The notes under the pieces: model-generated
The model's database searches: none
Told to the model about the DNA's origin: nothing
Seen by the model: the letters and a program-made list of their open reading frames with translations, nothing else
Shown here: piece after piece, positions 58,425 to 64,000 of the stretch
Layout: the number at the start of each line of letters is the position of its first letter
Numbering within the stretch: position 1 is the first letter of the stretch
Origin: Sedimentisphaerales bacterium
GTDB lineage: Bacteria > Planctomycetota > Phycisphaerae > Sedimentisphaerales > SM23-30
DNA: 64,000 bases
NCBI GenBank assembly: GCA_963666285.1
Contig: OY762711.1
Strand: one strand, 5' to 3'
Translations under genes and position numbers: made by a program

Positions 58425-60446
58425 TTATTGCAATTCAAAACAAGTATCATCTTTCATAGGATCACACCATAGCCAGTATTTTGCCAAGATCGCCAGGTCA
58501 ATAATATTAACAGAACAATCTTCATTGAAATCTCCCGGCAGGTTTACCCATATGCCACACTCATTTTCCCTGACTAAAGCTGAAACTGAAGCAGTATACC
58601 CATCGTAAGCAGTGTCTGAACTGGATGCAGAAACAGTTAAATCAGGATAGTATATCTGCGACTGAAGCAAAATATCATCAACAGCAGTCACCAGAACAGG
58701 CTGCGGCTGATCCCAATTCTCTGTGGTAAATTCGAGTACTGCCGGATCACATACTATCTCAGCAGGAACAGATCGATCGACAAGACTAACAGAAACATCA
58801 CTTAAAGGTTCAAAATCAAGCGACAATTCAACAGTGACTGTCTGGCCTTCCTCAAACTCCAGTTCAGCAGGATTAACCACAACCAAAGGCGAGAAATATT
58901 GATCATAAAGCCGATCAAAAATCATCTGTAATTGATTATTATTAAGTTGCGTATTATAAATCATAATTTCCGCAATATCACCCTGGAACCAATCTGTTCC
59001 ATAATAGTCTCCGCTAGTACTAAGACCATTACCAACGGTTAAAACATTATCACTTACAAGCAATTCGAAAACATTTTCAGAACCAGCAGTATTATTAAAT
59101 ACCTGCGGACTCAGGTTGTCAACATAATACTTAAGTGAATCGTAAGTGCCTCCTTGTGCAATCTGCAAAGCCACAATATGGAAACCAATAGAAACAGGAT
59201 TATCGGAATTGACAAGTGACTTGCCGTTATTGAACCTGCCACCGGAACCACCGTCAGTGAGAGTGCTGTTGGTTGACATATCCACACCAAGAATGTGACC
59301 GGCATTGCTTTGCCCCTGCCCTATCTGCATCATGCGTTCTGCCGCTTCACCACTCTGATCACCAGTAGCGACAGTAATGACAGTTAATCCGGAATCAATA
59401 TCAGGAATAGTAAATAAACTTCCTGCAAGGGCATCAGCACCGCTAAATCTAACCGCAGGATTGCCATTGAGTGCAAAAGATCGGTAAATGGGAGTGCCGA
59501 CCCCGGATACTGAGAAAACATCTCCAGATACCGTATCTGAAGTTGCTGAATCAAGCCATGCAGTTACAGTATCACCATCGCTCAAACCTGATATATCAGC
59601 AGCACTAAGATGAATAATCATACTTTCGGTAAAATATTTGCGATATAAGTAATCATATACCTGCTGCATTTCAGACGGTACAAGCTGTTTGTTGTATATT
59701 ATTATTTCTGCAATATCACCATGGTAGGCATCACTAGCCATAAGCACGCCCGTCACAGCATTACTGTAACCGGTTCCAATTGATAATTTATTATTATCCG
59801 TTATCAGAGATATCTCATTACCGGCTGACGCCGTATTGTTAAACACCTGCTCCTCTAGATTATCGACATAATATTTGGCAGAACTATAGGTTTGGCCCTG
59901 GTTAATCTGGGCTGCGACAATATGAAATGCGGTTGTAACAGGGTTACCATCTTTTACCAGCATTTTTCCATTATTAAACCTTACACCTGAACCTCCATCG
60001 GACAAAGTACTGTTTGTCGACATGTCAACGCCTAAAATATGCCCGGCATTACTTGCAGTCTGACCTAACTGCAAAACACGTTCAGCCGTCGCCCCGGAAC
60101 CATCTCCGGTAGCAACTACAAATATCGTTAAGCCATCATCGACGGCAGGTATGGAAATAAAATCGCTGACTAGAGCGTCATCCCCCTGCATTCTAACAGC
60201 AGGCTGTCCATTCAGGCCATTCGAAATATAAACTGGTGTAGACCAGCCGAAAACAGCTGAAACATTCCCGGACACCAAATCCGCAGTAGCCGAATCTGAC
60301 CATTGAGAAACCATATCACCATCATTAAGCTCTGTAATAGACCCGGCATCAAGGTGAATGATCAAACCATCCTGAACAGGAATATCAGCAGATACAACAC
60401 AACAGTACAAAACTAACAATACAAAAAATATCATTCTAATATACAT
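58425..60446 (-). CDS. Secreted protein with two tandem LamG-like domains and a dockerin-like tag (likely start ATG 60446)
   Basis: GAGGAG SD; signal peptide; duplicated SNAGHILGVDMSTNSTL.DGGSG.RFNNGK...GDIAEI.IYN; GDFNEDCSVNIIDLAILAKYWL. Confidence 0.8.
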   Translation of the reverse strand: MYIRMIFFVLLVLYCCVVSADIPVQDGLIIHLDAGSITELNDGDMVSQWSDSATADLVSGNVSAVFGWSTPVYISNGLNGQPAVRMQGDDALVSDFISIPAVDDGLTIFVVATGDGSGATAERVLQLGQTASNAGHILGVDMSTNSTLSDGGSGVRFNNGKMLVKDGNPVTTAFHIVAAQINQGQTYSSAKYYVDNLEEQVFNNTASAGNEISLITDNNKLSIGTGYSNAVTGVLMASDAYHGDIAEIIIYNKQLVPSEMQQVYDYLYRKYFTESMIIHLSAADISGLSDGDTVTAWLDSATSDTVSGDVFSVSGVGTPIYRSFALNGNPAVRFSGADALAGSLFTIPDIDSGLTVITVATGDQSGEAAERMMQIGQGQSNAGHILGVDMSTNSTLTDGGSGGRFNNGKSLVNSDNPVSIGFHIVALQIAQGGTYDSLKYYVDNLSPQVFNNTAGSENVFELLVSDNVLTVGNGLSTSGDYYGTDWFQGDIAEIMIYNTQLNNNQLQMIFDRLYDQYFSPLVVVNPAELEFEEGQTVTVELSLDFEPLSDVSVSLVDRSVPAEIVCDPAVLEFTTENWDQPQPVLVTAVDDILLQSQIYYPDLTVSASSSDTAYDGYTASVSALVRENECGIWVNLPGDFNEDCSVNIIDLAILAKYWLWCDPMKDDTCFELQ

Positions 60447-60466
60447 GGTATTCTCCTCAATGCCGC

Positions 60467-61900
60467 TTATTTCAACCAATTCTGTGACATAGTTTCTAAT
60501 TCCCGGATATCAATTATCCCATCCCCGGAACTTTCTATAAGTTTAGGTACAGACCCACGCCAATCCCGTAACTGCCGAAGCATACTCATAGCTTTTTCCG
60601 GATGCTGCTTTTTCAAATCGGTAGTCTCCGACAAATCATCAGCAAGGTTATAGAGCTCTATTTTTCCGGTATCCAGCCTTTCAATCAGCTTCCAGTCATC
60701 ATCCCTGACAGCACTCTGGTTATTATACGGATAATACCAGTAAACAGAGTCCCTGCCTATTGAAGCTTGAACATTGGTAAATAACGGCATAAGAGAAACA
60801 CCATCTATATGCTGATTCTGCGGCAGGGGCAAATCCATAATTTCAGAAAATGTAGGATAAAAATCACAGCTTACCACTGGCTTGCTGCATACAGTGCCAG
60901 CAGAAATATGACCGGCCCAATTCATAATAAGTGGAATACGAATACCACCTTCATACAGGCTGCCTTTTGCTCCTCGCAAAGGAGCATTAGAAGTAACATC
61001 GCCGGCACCGCCATTATCACTGGTAAATATCAGAATAGTATCATCTAATATATTTAGTTCGGACAGTTTGCTTACAATCTGCCCGACACCCTCATCAATA
61101 GTATATAACTGGGCAGCCAGATGGGGATTATTTTCCGGGGCATATTGACCTGTGCCGCTACCTGGCTTACTTTCAAAATGGCTGACCAGATGAGGTTTAC
61201 CATCGAGCTTTGTATGGACGGCATAATGACTTAAATACAAAAAGAAAGGTTCATCTTTATGCCTTTGGATAAAGTTTACAGCTTCATAATTGCAGCGATC
61301 AACCAGAAATTCTTCATCAGGATACAGGGAATCAAGCACTTCAGGTGCCTTCTGCAACTCAGGCATAATCCAATAAGGCTGCCAGTAATCGCCATTACCA
61401 ATATATGTGGTAGCACCAACCATCACTTCATCAAAACCCTGCTGATCCGGAGGAATTGGATCCGGATCTCCATCATCAGCATAACAGGAAACATGCCACT
61501 TTCCAACAATACCAGTTGTATATCCGGCCGTTTTAAGCTGTTCGGCAACAGTTATGTACTGCCGGGGAAGATTTTTGTCAAAATCATTCTTATCAAGCCA
61601 TTTCAAAATACCGATCCTTGCAGGATACTGGCCTGTCAAGAGACTAGCCCGATACGGCGAACAAACAGGAGCAGCTGCATAAGCATCAGAAAAACGCATA
61701 CCGCCTGCAGCAAGACTGTCGATATTCGGCGATTCATTATAAGTATTTCCATAGCATCCCAGCTCATGCCAGCCAAGATCGTCAGCCAGAATATATACGA
61801 TATTAGGCGACCTTGCCTCTAGTATATTTACAGAAACAAGCATACATAATAAAACAGCAAGATACCATTTTGTTCTCTTATCCATAAATTGAAATTTCAT
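60467..61900 (-). CDS. Formylglycine-dependent (Cys-type) sulfatase, secreted, with degenerate dockerin-like tail
   Basis: PNIVYILADDLG, CSPYRASLLTG (CxPxR), GKWH, FTSDNG, KGSLYEGGIRIP, ELYNL..D.SET. Confidence 0.93.
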   Translation of the reverse strand: MKFQFMDKRTKWYLAVLLCMLVSVNILEARSPNIVYILADDLGWHELGCYGNTYNESPNIDSLAAGGMRFSDAYAAAPVCSPYRASLLTGQYPARIGILKWLDKNDFDKNLPRQYITVAEQLKTAGYTTGIVGKWHVSCYADDGDPDPIPPDQQGFDEVMVGATTYIGNGDYWQPYWIMPELQKAPEVLDSLYPDEEFLVDRCNYEAVNFIQRHKDEPFFLYLSHYAVHTKLDGKPHLVSHFESKPGSGTGQYAPENNPHLAAQLYTIDEGVGQIVSKLSELNILDDTILIFTSDNGGAGDVTSNAPLRGAKGSLYEGGIRIPLIMNWAGHISAGTVCSKPVVSCDFYPTFSEIMDLPLPQNQHIDGVSLMPLFTNVQASIGRDSVYWYYPYNNQSAVRDDDWKLIERLDTGKIELYNLADDLSETTDLKKQHPEKAMSMLRQLRDWRGSVPKLIESSGDGIIDIRELETMSQNWLK

Positions 61901-62022
61901 AAAATATTCCCCTCTAATTCATAGACTAATCTTAATCCGGATTAGCATATGTGCTGGATAATATACGGGAGGCCAAATGTTAGGCTTACAGTTCAACGGA
62001 GTAAAACTATAATCAATACCAT

Positions 62023-62057
62023 AATAGTCGGGAAGAATATAATTCTTCCCGACTATT
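62023..62057. terminator. Perfect 16-bp inverted repeat downstream of the 62080 gene
   Basis: AATAGTCGGGAAGAAT-ata-ATTCTTCCCGACTATT. Confidence 0.7.
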
Positions 62058-62079
62058 TAACTTCAAATGAAAAATAGAA

Positions 62080-63999
62080 TTACTGATTGCATTCTATTGC
62101 TGGATACAGATTGCAGTTTAACCATTCCACTGAGAAAAGTGCAAAATCTTTAATATTAACTAAACAATCACCATCGAAATCATATGGATTTGAACTCATA
62201 CAAACTGGTATTTCCAGCATTTCATAGTATAGATCAACAATCTCTTCGTGACTGCGAGCATAGTTATATATCCTTATATCATCGATCTGACCTTTGAATG
62301 GATTGACCAGACCTACAGTGTCATCCACACCGCTGCCGGAACGCTGTAGACAACCAACATACATTGGCACTTCAAGTTCGGTAACTGTAATCGGGTTAAG
62401 ATTTTGAGCAGCAACTTCGCCGTTGATATAAACATAAGCACCTTCAGGGCCGGCAGTAGCTGCAACATGCAGCCATTCATTAAGTGGAAGCGGCTCTGCT
62501 GTTAAAGCTGCAGTAAAGTTAGGAGCATTCAACTGCAAATAACCACTTGTATTTATTTCCATATAGAAGTTACCCTCGCCAGAACCTATCCTGTTGCTGA
62601 CAATCCCCTGCCAGCCGTTAATTTCCTCATAGTAAATCCATGAAGATATTGTTATCTGGCCAGTATATTGAGATGCCGCCCAGTCACCTGAATCAGCAGC
62701 AGCGTCACCTTCAATCGTTAGATCAAGGGCATTGCCAAGCTCAACCGGATCGGCACTGTTAGCAACAAACTGCTCTGCCAGAGGATCTGTATTAGGATCA
62801 GCCGGATAATTACCGGTCTCATCCGGGTACACACCATTTATACTGTCAAATGATTCGAACTTCCAATGTGCCTTCAAGCGTCTAACGCCCATGTCCGCAG
62901 CATCTGACATAACCGGTTCTTCGCCGGCGATAACCGCAGCATTAGTAATCTCGCATAAATAGCTGCCCTCATCTGCTGCAGAAACATCAGCAAAAGACAG
63001 AGTTGCGGTATAAAGCTTTTCATCAGAATCATATACAGGTGCAGCCTGACTGGCCAATAACGGATTTAACGGGTCAGACACATTATACCATTTTACGGTA
63101 GGTTCAGGTGAAAGACTGGTAAAGACACAAGCCAGAACAGCCTCGGCAGGATCAAATAATTCACTCTGGCTATCATAGGTCAGAGTATTAACCGGCTGAG
63201 TAACTATAACTGGTAAAGACTTCAATGTCTGGAATGACCATACCGTACCGGTTATAGTAGCGGCATCTGACGGAGCTGAATCATTAACACTTTCATCGAC
63301 ACGCCAGTAATAAACAGAATCAAAGTCAAGGGCTACCACCTTGGAGACTTCAAATTCACCTGTCACAGCTGGAGGAACTTCTATTGGGGTTACATCAACA
63401 AAGTTTGGCTCATTAATATTGATATATAAATAATGCTTGGTTATATCCGGATTCGGCAACTCGGCATCATCAAGATCACTTCCGGTATTCCAGGAAAGCG
63501 TAACATCAACACTGCCATTGTTAGACACTCCATAGAACCCCTGGTCATTATCTGCCGGTGTAGGTTCGGTAGCCATAGCCCTGTAGTATTTATAGTCAAG
63601 ATAATCAAAGACCTGCTGCATTTGAGAGGTTGACAGCTGGTTATTGTAAATAACTATCTCAGCAATTTCTCCGGTGTATTGGTCTGTACCGTAAAAACCG
63701 CCGCTTGAGTTTAATCCATCACCTATTGTCAACAAATTTCCTGCCGCAATAAAATCGACAGTATTAGAAGGGTTGGCTGTATTATCAAACACTTCCTGAA
63801 CCAGGTCATCAACAAAGTATCTAAGTGAACCAAAGTTTTCTCCCTGGTTGATCTGAAGAATTGCAATATGGTAGTTATTATCCAATGGATTACCTGTTTT
63901 AACGAGTGATTTACCATTATTAAAACGTGCACCTGAGCCGCCATCAGCCAGTCCGGTATCAGTTGAAAAATCTACACCCAGAATATGACCCGCATTGCT
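62080..63999 (-). CDS. Secreted-type LamG/Fn3/Ig multidomain protein with dockerin-like tag; 5' end lies beyond the window
   Basis: Frame stays open to the window edge (SNAGHILGVDFSTDTGLADGGSGARFNNGK, paralogous to 58425 gene); YYWRVDE, DEGSYLCEITN, FKGQIDDIRIYN, DFDGDCLVNIKDFALFSVEWL. Confidence 0.85.
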   Translation of the reverse strand, partial: SNAGHILGVDFSTDTGLADGGSGARFNNGKSLVKTGNPLDNNYHIAILQINQGENFGSLRYFVDDLVQEVFDNTANPSNTVDFIAAGNLLTIGDGLNSSGGFYGTDQYTGEIAEIVIYNNQLSTSQMQQVFDYLDYKYYRAMATEPTPADNDQGFYGVSNNGSVDVTLSWNTGSDLDDAELPNPDITKHYLYININEPNFVDVTPIEVPPAVTGEFEVSKVVALDFDSVYYWRVDESVNDSAPSDAATITGTVWSFQTLKSLPVIVTQPVNTLTYDSQSELFDPAEAVLACVFTSLSPEPTVKWYNVSDPLNPLLASQAAPVYDSDEKLYTATLSFADVSAADEGSYLCEITNAAVIAGEEPVMSDAADMGVRRLKAHWKFESFDSINGVYPDETGNYPADPNTDPLAEQFVANSADPVELGNALDLTIEGDAAADSGDWAASQYTGQITISSWIYYEEINGWQGIVSNRIGSGEGNFYMEINTSGYLQLNAPNFTAALTAEPLPLNEWLHVAATAGPEGAYVYINGEVAAQNLNPITVTELEVPMYVGCLQRSGSGVDDTVGLVNPFKGQIDDIRIYNYARSHEEIVDLYYEMLEIPVCMSSNPYDFDGDCLVNIKDFALFSVEWLNCNLYPAIECNQ

Positions 64000-64000
64000 T

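Noticed and set aside
1..64000. tRNA or rRNA genes
   Set aside because: No cloverleaf/T-loop signature or rRNA-like sequence noticed in the intergenic regions.

Overview
Bacterial chromosomal window, most likely from a planctomycete of the Phycisphaerae/Sedimentisphaerales type. This is inferred from an N-terminal LExRxLL 'planctomycete extracellular' motif, a PEP-CTERM protein and many C-terminal dockerin-like tags. 1-10.8 kb is housekeeping: pstA-pstB-orf-phoU, mnmE, DUF3137-like, dprA, lipid A-type acyltransferase, DUF2752-like, two lipoproteins, lysS. 10.8-20 kb encodes secreted glycan-related proteins: a multimodular PL1-type pectate lyase and three paralogous DNRLRE/CBM96-like proteins. 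20-24.3 kb is an accessory island with a ~1.85 kb gene-free mosaic of short tandem repeats and mini-hairpins, an IS3-family element and an LRR gene. Next come a secreted Ig-like protein, a 10,528-aa RTX/beta-helical adhesin, and a LamG-sulfatase-LamG cluster. The two most unusual items are non-coding. (1) A ~210-nt element occurs twice (2363-2579 and 15871-16076), with two ~93%-identical blocks, a variable internal stem and G-U pairing on the + strand; it is a candidate structured RNA or non-autonomous element. (2) The 20.05-21.89 kb array of 7-10-mer tandem tracts is interleaved with strand-polarised GNA/GNNA-loop mini-hairpins. All calls are by eye; no searches were run.
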